Shown piece by piece: positions 56,982-64,000 of a stretch of DNA of 64,000 nucleotides. The position numbers were made by a program, and so were the translations under genes. The stretch covers positions 8,209-72,208 of the forward strand of contig CBIHPK010000002.1 of the NCBI GenBank assembly GCA_966211675.1, in the 5' to 3' direction. The notes under the pieces are model-generated. The model was not told the origin of the DNA and did not search any database. It saw only the letters and a program-made list of their open reading frames with translations. This stretch comes from an uncultured Myxococcaceae bacterium. GTDB lineage: Bacteria; Myxococcota_A; Polyangia; Polyangiales; Ga0077539. The first letter of the stretch is position 1; each line of letters opens with the position of its first letter.

Positions 56982-58210
56982 CGAAGCCTCCGTCGAAGGC
57001 GCCCGCGAAGCCTGCGTCGAAGCCCGCGCCCCACGCGGCCCGACGCTCGCGCTCGCACGGCGCGCCGCCACGGCGCCCGCTCGCCATCGCCCTCGGCCTG
57101 CTGGCGCTGCTCTCGGCGCTCTCGGCCCTCGGGGCCTTCGTCTATCTCCGCACTCCCCACCACGGGCGGGGCCGCGCCCTGCGCATCACCTTCGCCGAGG
57201 GCGCCGACTCCGCCGCGATCACCCACGCGCTCTGGTCCGCCGGGGTGATCGACCACCCGTGGCTCTTCCACCTGCTCGCGGCCACCACCGGCGCCGCCGA
57301 CCGCGCCCACCGCGGGACCGTCGCCCTGCGCGACGACCTCACCCCCTGGGCGGTCCTTCGCACGCTCAACCGGGGCGCCGCCGGGGTGATCCGGGTGACC
57401 ATCCCGGAGGGCTACACCCGCTTCGACATCGCCCGTCGGCTGGAGTCCGTCGGGGTCTGTCCCTCTTCGGACTTCATTGCCCACACCGAAGACCCCGCCT
57501 TGCTTCAACGATATGGCCTGACGGGATCCGTAGAGGGATATCTCTTCCCGGAGACCTACGACCTCCCTCCCGACTCGCCCGCCGGACTCGTGGTCGAGCG
57601 CATGGTGACGGAGTTCACCCGGCGCCTCCGTGAGCTCAAGTCGCGCCATCCCGAAGGCGTCCTTCGGGCGGCCTCGCTCGCGAGCGGCGACGAGGGCCCG
57701 GTGACCCCGACCCCCGGCGGCTTCGACCGCGCCGACCGGCTGATCGTCACCCTCGCCTCGCTGGTCGAGCGCGAGACCGGCTCACCCGATGACCGTGCCC
57801 ACATCGCCTCGGTCTTCTGGAACCGACTACGCCTCCCGGACTTCCGTCCCCGGCTCCTCCAGAGCGACCCGACTGTGGTCTATGGGTGCACGGTGATGGC
57901 CGCCCGGGGCGCTCCGCTCGCGTCCTGCGAGCGCGGCGACGGCGGCGTCCGCCGGGGCATCACGGGCGCGATGCTCATGGACCGAGGCAACCCCTACAAC
58001 ACCTATCAGCACGAGGGCGTGCCCCCCGGGCCCATCGCCAACCCGGGAGCGCTGGCGATCGCCGCGGTGCTCGCTCCCACCGGCGATCAGGACCTGTATT
58101 TCGTGGCGATGGGGGACGGCCGATCGGCCTTCGCTCCCTCGCTGGAGGAGCACCGCCGCAACGTGCAGCGCTACCTCCACCGGGGGGACGCGGGGGCGCT
58201 CAGCCCTTGA
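56957..58210 (+). CDS. mltG: endolytic murein transglycosylase MltG (YceG)
   Basis: N-terminal basic region plus a TM helix. Motifs: VTIPEGYTRFDI, FPETYDL, LASLVERETG, VFWNRLR, LQSDPTV, YNTYQHEGVPPGPIANPG and FVA.GDGRSAF. Confidence 0.9.
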   Translation: MARRPRSVAKPPSKAPAKPASKPAPHAARRSRSHGAPPRRPLAIALGLLALLSALSALGAFVYLRTPHHGRGRALRITFAEGADSAAITHALWSAGVIDHPWLFHLLAATTGAADRAHRGTVALRDDLTPWAVLRTLNRGAAGVIRVTIPEGYTRFDIARRLESVGVCPSSDFIAHTEDPALLQRYGLTGSVEGYLFPETYDLPPDSPAGLVVERMVTEFTRRLRELKSRHPEGVLRAASLASGDEGPVTPTPGGFDRADRLIVTLASLVERETGSPDDRAHIASVFWNRLRLPDFRPRLLQSDPTVVYGCTVMAARGAPLASCERGDGGVRRGITGAMLMDRGNPYNTYQHEGVPPGPIANPGALAIAAVLAPTGDQDLYFVAMGDGRSAFAPSLEEHRRNVQRYLHRGDAGALSP

Positions 58211-59360
58211 AGCCGTACTCCGCCTGGAGCAGCTTGGCGATGGTCTGGAGCTGCATGTTGGACGTGCCCTCGTAGATCTTGCCGATCTTGGCGTCCCGGA
58301 AGAACTTCTCCAATGGATAGTCCTTGGTGAAGCCGACGCCTCCGACGAACTCCACGCAGAGCGACGCGACGCGCTCGGCCACCTCGCTCGCGTGCAGCTT
58401 GGCCATGGCGGCTTCCTTGATGAAGGGCTGCCCGGCGTCCTTGAGGCGCGCGGCGTTGTAGACCATCAGCCGGGCGCTCTCGATCTCCACCGCGCACCGC
58501 GCGTACTGGAACTGCACCCCCTGGAAGTTGCCGATCACCTGCCCGAACTGCTTGCGCTCGTGCATGTACTTCATGGCGTAGTCGAAGGCCCCCTGGGCGA
58601 GGCCGAGCATCTGCGCGCCGATGCCGATGCGGCCCTCGTTGAGGGTCTCGATGGCGATCTTGTAGCCCTTGCCCACCTCGCCGAGCACGTTGCCGAGCGG
58701 CACCTCGCAGTCCTCCAGGATGAGCTCGCAGGTGGACGAGGCGCGGATGCCGAGCTTGTCCTCCTTCTTGCCCACGGAGAACCCGGGGAAGCTCCGCTCC
58801 ACCAGGAAGGCCGTGATGCCCTTGTATCCCTTGGAGGGGTCGACGTTGGCGAACACGATGAAGAGCGAAGACTCGTTGGCGTTGGTGATCCAGAGCTTGC
58901 GCCCGTTGAGGATCCACTTGTCGCCCTTCTTCTCCGCCCGCGCCGCGAGGGCGAAGGCGTCACTCCCGGAGCCCGCCTCGCTCAACGCATAGGAGCCGAC
59001 CCACTCCCGCGCGAGCTTCGGGAGGTACTTCTCCTTCTGCGCGTCGTCGGCCCAGCGGATGACCGCGTTGGCGACCAGGGTGTTCTGCACGTCCACCAGC
59101 ACCGAGACGCTCGGATCGACCGTGGCGAAGCCCTCGACGGCGAGGGCGGCGTTGAAGAAGCTGGAGCCCGATCCGCCGTACTGCTCGGGCACCTCGACGC
59201 CCATCACCCCGAGCTCGAACAGGTCCGGGAGCAGGTCCTTGTCGAGGGCTCCGTGGTGATCCATCGAGGCGACACGGGGGCCGACGCGGTCGCGGGCGAA
59301 GCCGAGCACGGCGTCGCGAAACATCTTCTCATCGGGCGAAAGCTGGGTGAGCGAGGTCAT
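58200..59360 (-). CDS. acyl-CoA dehydrogenase (short/branched-chain type)
   Basis: 386 aa. Motifs: YALSEAGSGSDAF, WITNA, GIRASSTCELILEDC, GRIGIGAQMLG and YEGTSNMQLQTIAK. Confidence 0.9.
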   Translation of the reverse strand: MTSLTQLSPDEKMFRDAVLGFARDRVGPRVASMDHHGALDKDLLPDLFELGVMGVEVPEQYGGSGSSFFNAALAVEGFATVDPSVSVLVDVQNTLVANAVIRWADDAQKEKYLPKLAREWVGSYALSEAGSGSDAFALAARAEKKGDKWILNGRKLWITNANESSLFIVFANVDPSKGYKGITAFLVERSFPGFSVGKKEDKLGIRASSTCELILEDCEVPLGNVLGEVGKGYKIAIETLNEGRIGIGAQMLGLAQGAFDYAMKYMHERKQFGQVIGNFQGVQFQYARCAVEIESARLMVYNAARLKDAGQPFIKEAAMAKLHASEVAERVASLCVEFVGGVGFTKDYPLEKFFRDAKIGKIYEGTSNMQLQTIAKLLQAEYGFKG

Positions 59361-59504
59361 GGCGCGGAATGTAGGGCCAACCCCCCGCGAACCTCAATGC
59401 GCTCCGCGTCCCGGAGGACGCACCGACCATGAAGGGCACCCCGGGTGACGCAATCTGTCAGGGATCCCTTGGGCGACTTGACCGGAATGACGCTCGGGCC
59501 GCTG

Positions 59505-59520
59505 CGGCATGACGCGTGCT
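59505..59520 (+). promoter_or_regulatory. candidate sigma-54 (-24/-12) promoter upstream of the pilin gene
   Basis: cGGCATgacgcgTGCT matches 10 of 12 defined positions of TGGCACG-N4-TTGCW. GG and GC are 12 nt apart as required. It lies ~105 nt upstream of ATG 59625. Confidence 0.3.
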
Positions 59521-59624
59521 GCCAGGGCAGCGAGATCATGGGCCTTCCTCGTTCCACTGCAATCAAGGTCGGGGTAGAGGGCCGGGAGCGGAGCGGGTCC
59601 ATGATGAACTGGAGGGAGTCGGCC

Positions 59625-60143
59625 ATGGGGGGATCGAGAGAGACTCGTCGAGGCGGGGTGTTCGAAGCGGGGTTCACCCTCGTGGAGCTGATGATCGTCG
59701 TGGTGATCCTCGGGATCCTGGCGGCGGTCGCGATCCCGGCGTTCAGTCGATATGTGAAGCGGAGCAAGACCTCCGAGGCCACCTCGGGCATCGCGTCGAT
59801 GTACCGGCTCCAGCTCAGCTACTACGAGAACACCCAGGAACGGACGAGCAGCACGAGCTTCGCCACCTGCGGCGCCCTTCCCACCGCGGCGCCGAGCGCG
59901 AGCAAGTACCCCGCGAACGTCACCATGTGGATGAACAGCTCGGACTGGAACTCCCTGGGCTTCGTCATCGATCGCCCGCACTACTACCAGTACTCGACCG
60001 ACGGCTCGAACACCTCGATGACCGCCCGGGCCGTCGGCGACATCGACGGCGACAACACGCTCTCCACCTTCGAGCGCTCGGCCCTGCTCAACTCGGGCGA
60101 GATCCAGGGCGCCCAGATCCGCATCGTCAACGAGCTGGAGTGA
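59625..60143 (+). CDS. type IV pilin-like protein (prepilin N-terminal cleavage/methylation domain)
   Basis: G|[24 protein letters not shown] with Glu at +5. The SD GGAGGG lies 8 nt before ATG 59625. Alternative starts are 59601 (ATG) or 59658 (GTG, giving a 5-aa leader). Confidence 0.8.
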   Translation: MGGSRETRRGGVFEAGFTLVELMIVVVILGILAAVAIPAFSRYVKRSKTSEATSGIASMYRLQLSYYENTQERTSSTSFATCGALPTAAPSASKYPANVTMWMNSSDWNSLGFVIDRPHYYQYSTDGSNTSMTARAVGDIDGDNTLSTFERSALLNSGEIQGAQIRIVNELE

Positions 60144-61314
60144 GCCCGCAGTCCTCGGCCACCAGCGCGCAGAGCCGCTCGATCCCCTCCTCGAACTGAT
60201 CCGGCCTCGGCAGCAGGCTCAGCACCATGTGCCCGTCGCCGGGCACGTCGAAGAAATACCCCGGCTGCACCAGCACCCCGCGCTCCAGCAGCGCGAGCAC
60301 CCAGTCGTCGTCGCCGCGCGTCGCGGGCAGCCGCAGCACCGCCGACCATCCCCCCTCCACGGGCAGCCGCGAGATCGGGCTCTCCGCCGTGATCGCCCGC
60401 TCCAGCGTCGCGAGGTTGCGCGCGAGGCGCTCTCGCACGGGGCGCTGCAGGGCCTCGCGGTGGCGCAGCCAGACCGGCGCCGCGCTCAGCACCGGCGAGC
60501 CCACCGAGAGGAAGCTGTCGGCGATGTGCTCCAGCCGCCGCAGGGCCTCGGAGCGCAGCGCGTCGGGGCCGCCGACGTGCACCCAGCCGAGCTTCATCTG
60601 CGGGAGCGCGAGGGTCTTGCTCAGGCCGCTCAGCGTGAAGGTGAGCACCTCGTCGCAGGTGACGAAGCTGGGCGCCCGGCGGCGGTCCTCGCGGTGGGGG
60701 TACTCGAGGAAGACCTCGTCCACGAGGAGCGCGAGCCCTCGCTGTCGGCACCGCGCGATGAGCGCCTCTCGGAGCTCGAGGGTGACGAAGGCCCCGGAGG
60801 GGTTGTTGGGGTGCACCAGCGCGATGGCCCGGGTGCGAGGGGTGAGGGCGGCGTCGAGGGCGTCGAGGTCGAGCTCCCAGCGGCCGTGCCAGGTGGAGCC
60901 CACGGGGGTGAGCGCGACGCCCTCCAGCCGGGCGAGGTCGTCGAGCAGGGGGTAGCTCGGGTGCCCCACCACCACCGCGTCGCCGCGGTCGCAGAGCAGG
61001 TTGAAGAGCCAGCCGTAGGCCTCGCTGGTGCTGGCCGCGAGGCGCAGGTGCTCCGGGTCCACCGCGTAGCCCAGCGAGGCGTAGTGCCCGGCGACGGCGG
61101 CGCGCGCCGCGAGCGGACCCGCGGGGTCGGGGTCGTAGCGGGCGACGGAGGCATCGGAGAGCGCGGCGAGCATCTCGGGAGCGAGGGGAGGGAGGTCGAC
61201 CGCCGTGGGGTTGGAGGCGGTGAGGTCGAGGAGGCCGGGGCGGGCGCGGCGCTCGGCGATGGCGACGCTGAGCGGCGAAGGCTGGGTGATCCAGCCGGTG
61301 CGCTCAGAGAACAT
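60127..61314 (-). CDS. PLP-dependent aminotransferase, class I/II
   Basis: [28 protein letters not shown] and the Schiff-base lysine context [19 protein letters not shown]. Confidence 0.85.
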   Translation of the reverse strand: MFSERTGWITQPSPLSVAIAERRARPGLLDLTASNPTAVDLPPLAPEMLAALSDASVARYDPDPAGPLAARAAVAGHYASLGYAVDPEHLRLAASTSEAYGWLFNLLCDRGDAVVVGHPSYPLLDDLARLEGVALTPVGSTWHGRWELDLDALDAALTPRTRAIALVHPNNPSGAFVTLELREALIARCRQRGLALLVDEVFLEYPHREDRRRAPSFVTCDEVLTFTLSGLSKTLALPQMKLGWVHVGGPDALRSEALRRLEHIADSFLSVGSPVLSAAPVWLRHREALQRPVRERLARNLATLERAITAESPISRLPVEGGWSAVLRLPATRGDDDWVLALLERGVLVQPGYFFDVPGDGHMVLSLLPRPDQFEEGIERLCALVAEDCGLTPAR

Positions 61315-62335
61315 CCGCGGACCTCATCAGCGCCGCGGACTCCTCCGGGGAGAACACGGTGCAGGACATCCCCCCGGAGAGCTCGAAGCCCGCGTCGCCG
61401 CCGCGTCGCACCTGGATCTCCATGAACCAGTGCGCCCAGGGCTCTCCCCACTTCGCCCGGGCGGGCTGGCGGAGCAGGAGGTTGTAGTCCGCGTCGCCGG
61501 ACACCTGCCGCACCCGTCGCAGCGTCTGACGGAGCATCGCCGCGAGGGGGAGGAGCAGCGTGTCGGGCGTGGCGCCGAAGTGGGCGATCGGGGCGCGGGG
61601 GACGATCCAGGTCTCGTGCGAGCGAGCGGAGGCCCACGGGCAGAGGGCGACGAAGTACGGGTCCGAGGCGATGACCCGCGCGCCCTCGGCGAGCTCCGCG
61701 TCGACGAGCCGCTGCACCAGCGAGGAGCCCTCGCGCCGGTGGTGCCGAGCGGCCACCGCGTCGCGCCGCCGCACCCCGGGCGGGACCACCGGGCAGGTCA
61801 TCACCTGCGAGTGCGGGTGGCGCAGCGAGGCCCCGGAGCGCGGTCCGCGGTTCTTGAAGAGCAGCACCGCGGCGGCGTCGGGGCGCCCGGCGAGCGCGCG
61901 GTGTCGGGAGCGGTGCAGGTCGAGCACGACCGCCAGGGCGTCGGCGTCGAGGTCCGAGAGGTCCGCGTCGTGGAGCCGGGTCTCGACGATCACCTCGTGG
62001 GCGCCGGTCGCGGGGCGCTCTCGGAATACACCGTGGTGTATGACGGCCCCGCCCGTCGCCCCGCGGCCCATCATCGGGAAGCGGTTGGTGACGGCGCGCG
62101 CCAGCCAGCGCCCGCTCCCGTCGCGCCGCTCCTCCGTGGCCGGGTCGGCCTCGGTCTCGTGGCCGGGGCAGAAGGGGCACTGGCTCGCGTCGCGCAGCGT
62201 GTCGAGCCGGCTGGTCATGTCCCGCGGGGTGTCGCGCCGGTGCGCGGCCAGGAGGCACCAGCGCGCGGTGAGGGCGTCCCAGCGGAGCGTCGGAGAGGGT
62301 TCGGGAACGTATGGCGTCGGCACCGGAGCCCTCAC
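61304..62335 (-). CDS. galactose-1-phosphate uridylyltransferase (GalT/HIT class II) family nucleotidyltransferase
   Basis: The zinc knuckle CPFCPGHE and active-site HPHSQV (HxHxQ). The 3' end overlaps the aminotransferase start by 11 nt. Confidence 0.8.
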   Translation of the reverse strand: MRAPVPTPYVPEPSPTLRWDALTARWCLLAAHRRDTPRDMTSRLDTLRDASQCPFCPGHETEADPATEERRDGSGRWLARAVTNRFPMMGRGATGGAVIHHGVFRERPATGAHEVIVETRLHDADLSDLDADALAVVLDLHRSRHRALAGRPDAAAVLLFKNRGPRSGASLRHPHSQVMTCPVVPPGVRRRDAVAARHHRREGSSLVQRLVDAELAEGARVIASDPYFVALCPWASARSHETWIVPRAPIAHFGATPDTLLLPLAAMLRQTLRRVRQVSGDADYNLLLRQPARAKWGEPWAHWFMEIQVRRGGDAGFELSGGMSCTVFSPEESAALMRSADVL

Positions 62336-62474
62336 CCGCTACCGCAGGACGGCGCCCTCGCGCAACGCGCGCAACGCGCCGGTGGGTAATGCCGTCGCCC
62401 TGGCGCGGAGAGGTCTGTTATGGTCCCAGCGACGACCCATCTACGACGGTCGTAAACCCCTCTGGGAGCGTCCG

Positions 62475-62948
62475 ATGCCGAAGTTCCACAAGAAGCACAC
62501 GCACTACGCCGCCCGCGTCGCGAAGCCGCGCGAGAGCCTTGTGCCCCCGGCCCCGGAGGCCGCCGAGGCGCTCCTCGAGGTCATGACCATCGCCGCCTGC
62601 GTCGACGGCAAGATGGCCCCCGACGAGAGCCACCAGCTCTGCGAGCAGATCCGCGCCACGCCGGGCTTCACCCACCTGGACAACCACGCGCTCGCCCGCA
62701 CCGTCGAGGGCTTCGTGCTGCGCATCGCCGCGGAGGGCATCCCCGCCCGGGTGCGCTCCATCGCAAAGGCCATCGGCGACGACATCGAGGCGCGCGAGGA
62801 GGCCTTCGCGCTCGCCACCCTCTTCGTCCTCTTCGACGGCGAGGTCGGCGACGAGGAGCAGGAATTCCTCGAGCTCCTCCAGAAGGCCCTGCACCTCTCC
62901 GACGAGCGCGCGAGCCACATCTCCTCCCTCCTCGCCGAAGCCGACTGA
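62475..62948 (+). CDS. TerB-like (tellurite-resistance/DjlA-N fold) domain protein
   Basis: Start at ATG 62475 (MPKFHKKH..). Two helix-pair motifs are typical of TerB-like domains: IAACVDGKMAPDESHQL and LFDGEVGDEEQEFLELLQKAL. Confidence 0.55.
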   Translation: MPKFHKKHTHYAARVAKPRESLVPPAPEAAEALLEVMTIAACVDGKMAPDESHQLCEQIRATPGFTHLDNHALARTVEGFVLRIAAEGIPARVRSIAKAIGDDIEAREEAFALATLFVLFDGEVGDEEQEFLELLQKALHLSDERASHISSLLAEAD

Positions 62949-63143
62949 CACCCCCGCTTCGCACCCGTGCGCCGCTCGGTGCGTCGTGCGCTTCGCTGCC
63001 GCGCTGCGCCATCGCCCGATCATCACGCGCCGCGTCGTTGCACCTCGCCGAGGACGGCCGGAGAGTGGTGTGAACGGCGCGCGTCGAGGCTGCGTCGGGG
63101 CGCGTCGAAGGGGCCGAGAACGCGGGATGCAGTGGGTGTCATC

Positions 63144-63761
63144 ATGAGCGAAGAGACTTCGAGGACGGTGCTCCAGACCGCTCGCCTGGAGCTGGTGCCG
63201 ATCACCCTGAGCCTGGTCGAGGCCGTGATGGCCGACGACTGCGCGGAGGTCGAGCGCCTCGCGGGGGCGAGGTTTCCGGGCAAGTGGCCTGGGCGGTGTC
63301 TCATCGAGCGGGCCTTCAGCGCCTCCGTCGAGCGCATCCGCGCCAACCCCTCGCTGCGGCTCTGGGGCGACCGGCTGATGGTCGCCAACGCCTCCGAGGG
63401 CGATCGGCTCATCGTGGGCAGCGTGGTGTTCCACGGCGCTCCCGACGAGGAGGGCGTGGTGGAGATCGCCTACGGGGTCGAGCCGAGCTCGCAGGGCCAG
63501 GGGTACGGCGCCGAGGCGACCTGCGCGATGGTCGAGTGGGCGCTCGAGCAGCCGGGCGTGCGCGCGGTGACGGCGTCGACCTTCCCCTGGCACATCTCGT
63601 CGGTGAAGATCATCCGCCGCGCGGGCATGGAGCACTGCGGCTGGCGCGAGCACGACCTGCTCGGCGACCTCGAGGTCTTCGAGCGTCGGCGCGTGGACGC
63701 TCCTCGCTTCGTCGGGGCGAGCACCCGCGAAGCGGCGGCTCGCGCGGCCCGAGCGGGGTGA
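63144..63761 (+). CDS. GNAT family N-acetyltransferase (RimJ/RimL-like)
   Basis: Start at the internal ATG (MSEETSR..). Motifs: TARLELVPIT, EIAYGVEPSSQGQGYGAEA (acetyl-CoA Q/RxxGxG/A loop) and NISSVKIIRRAGME-like. Confidence 0.8.
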   Translation: MSEETSRTVLQTARLELVPITLSLVEAVMADDCAEVERLAGARFPGKWPGRCLIERAFSASVERIRANPSLRLWGDRLMVANASEGDRLIVGSVVFHGAPDEEGVVEIAYGVEPSSQGQGYGAEATCAMVEWALEQPGVRAVTASTFPWHISSVKIIRRAGMEHCGWREHDLLGDLEVFERRRVDAPRFVGASTREAAARAARAG

Positions 63762-63789
63762 CATCGCTTTACCCGATCGGGTAAGCGGG

Positions 63790-64000
63790 TCAGTCGCTCC
63801 AGCGGGGATACGGGGCGCGAGGGGACGGGGCGGCGACCGGGGTGACGGAGACGACCGGCGCGAGGGGCCTGGTGCGGTGCCGCGAGTGACGATGGCGTGA
63901 GCGATGGGCCACCCGAGGGGACGGGGGGCTGTCGTCCACGAAGGCCGAGGGCGGAGCCATCGGAGAGGGCTCGACGGCCGCGACCGGCGACGGGGCCGCG
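63790..64000 (-). CDS. 3' end of a gene continuing beyond the window: Pro-rich, His/Arg-rich C-terminal tail
   Basis: My own translation of the minus strand is ..AAPSPVAAVEPSPMAPPSAFVDDSPPSPRVAHRSRHRHSRHRTRPLAPVVSVTPVAAPSPRAPYPRWSD*. The frame is open to the window edge, and the low complexity makes coding status uncertain. Confidence 0.3.
   Translation of the reverse strand, partial: AAPSPVAAVEPSPMAPPSAFVDDSPPSPRVAHRSRHRHSRHRTRPLAPVVSVTPVAAPSPRAPYPRWSD

Overview
Very GC-rich, gene-dense chromosomal segment, roughly 70% GC by eye (not computed). I support about 55 protein-coding genes and recognised no rRNA, tRNA, CRISPR array, transposase or integrase. Several features point to Myxococcota, probably Polyangia-like (inference): a MYXO-CTERM sorting tail, giant Cys-rich lipoproteins, an OmpA protein with thrombospondin-type-3 repeats, two membrane Ser/Thr kinases, a type IV pilin and 'DA(S/G)xVD' low-complexity linkers.

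Main blocks:
- (1) 385-5664: a 1,759-aa lipoprotein with about 19 tandem eight-Cys modules plus an FG-GAP propeller.
- (2) 13.7-20.6 kb, minus strand: an operon where canonical-looking pqqD-pqqE, with no pqqA/B/C in the window, is tightly coupled to an unknown 376-aa protein and to lipoprotein haem/metal proteins (di-haem DUF1111, imelysin, PLC/AcpA phosphoesterase, cytochrome P460-like). This is my best candidate for something undescribed.
- (3) 23.9-32.5 kb: eight same-strand genes for nitrite, NO and copper handling. They are nirK (fused to cytochrome c), nirV, Sco, an outer-membrane barrel, a Crp/Fnr regulator, a NirJ/AhbD-like radical SAM/SPASM enzyme, a HemY-like oxidase and nnrS. An FNR-type palindrome lies upstream of nirK.
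- (4) Housekeeping strings: mpl-rnr; rlmI-HAD-hyp-MTase-DUF167; aguA-aguB-ldcA-ruvX-mltG.
- (5) An orphan type IV pilin with a sigma-54-like promoter.

Limits: the track's ORF starts can be ATG, GTG or TTG and give the longest frame, so I moved several starts using signal peptides and stop/start overlaps. These starts remain uncertain by tens of nucleotides. Many long overlapping ORFs in the track are high-GC shadow frames and are rejected. All family assignments come from motifs read by eye, and no database search was run.
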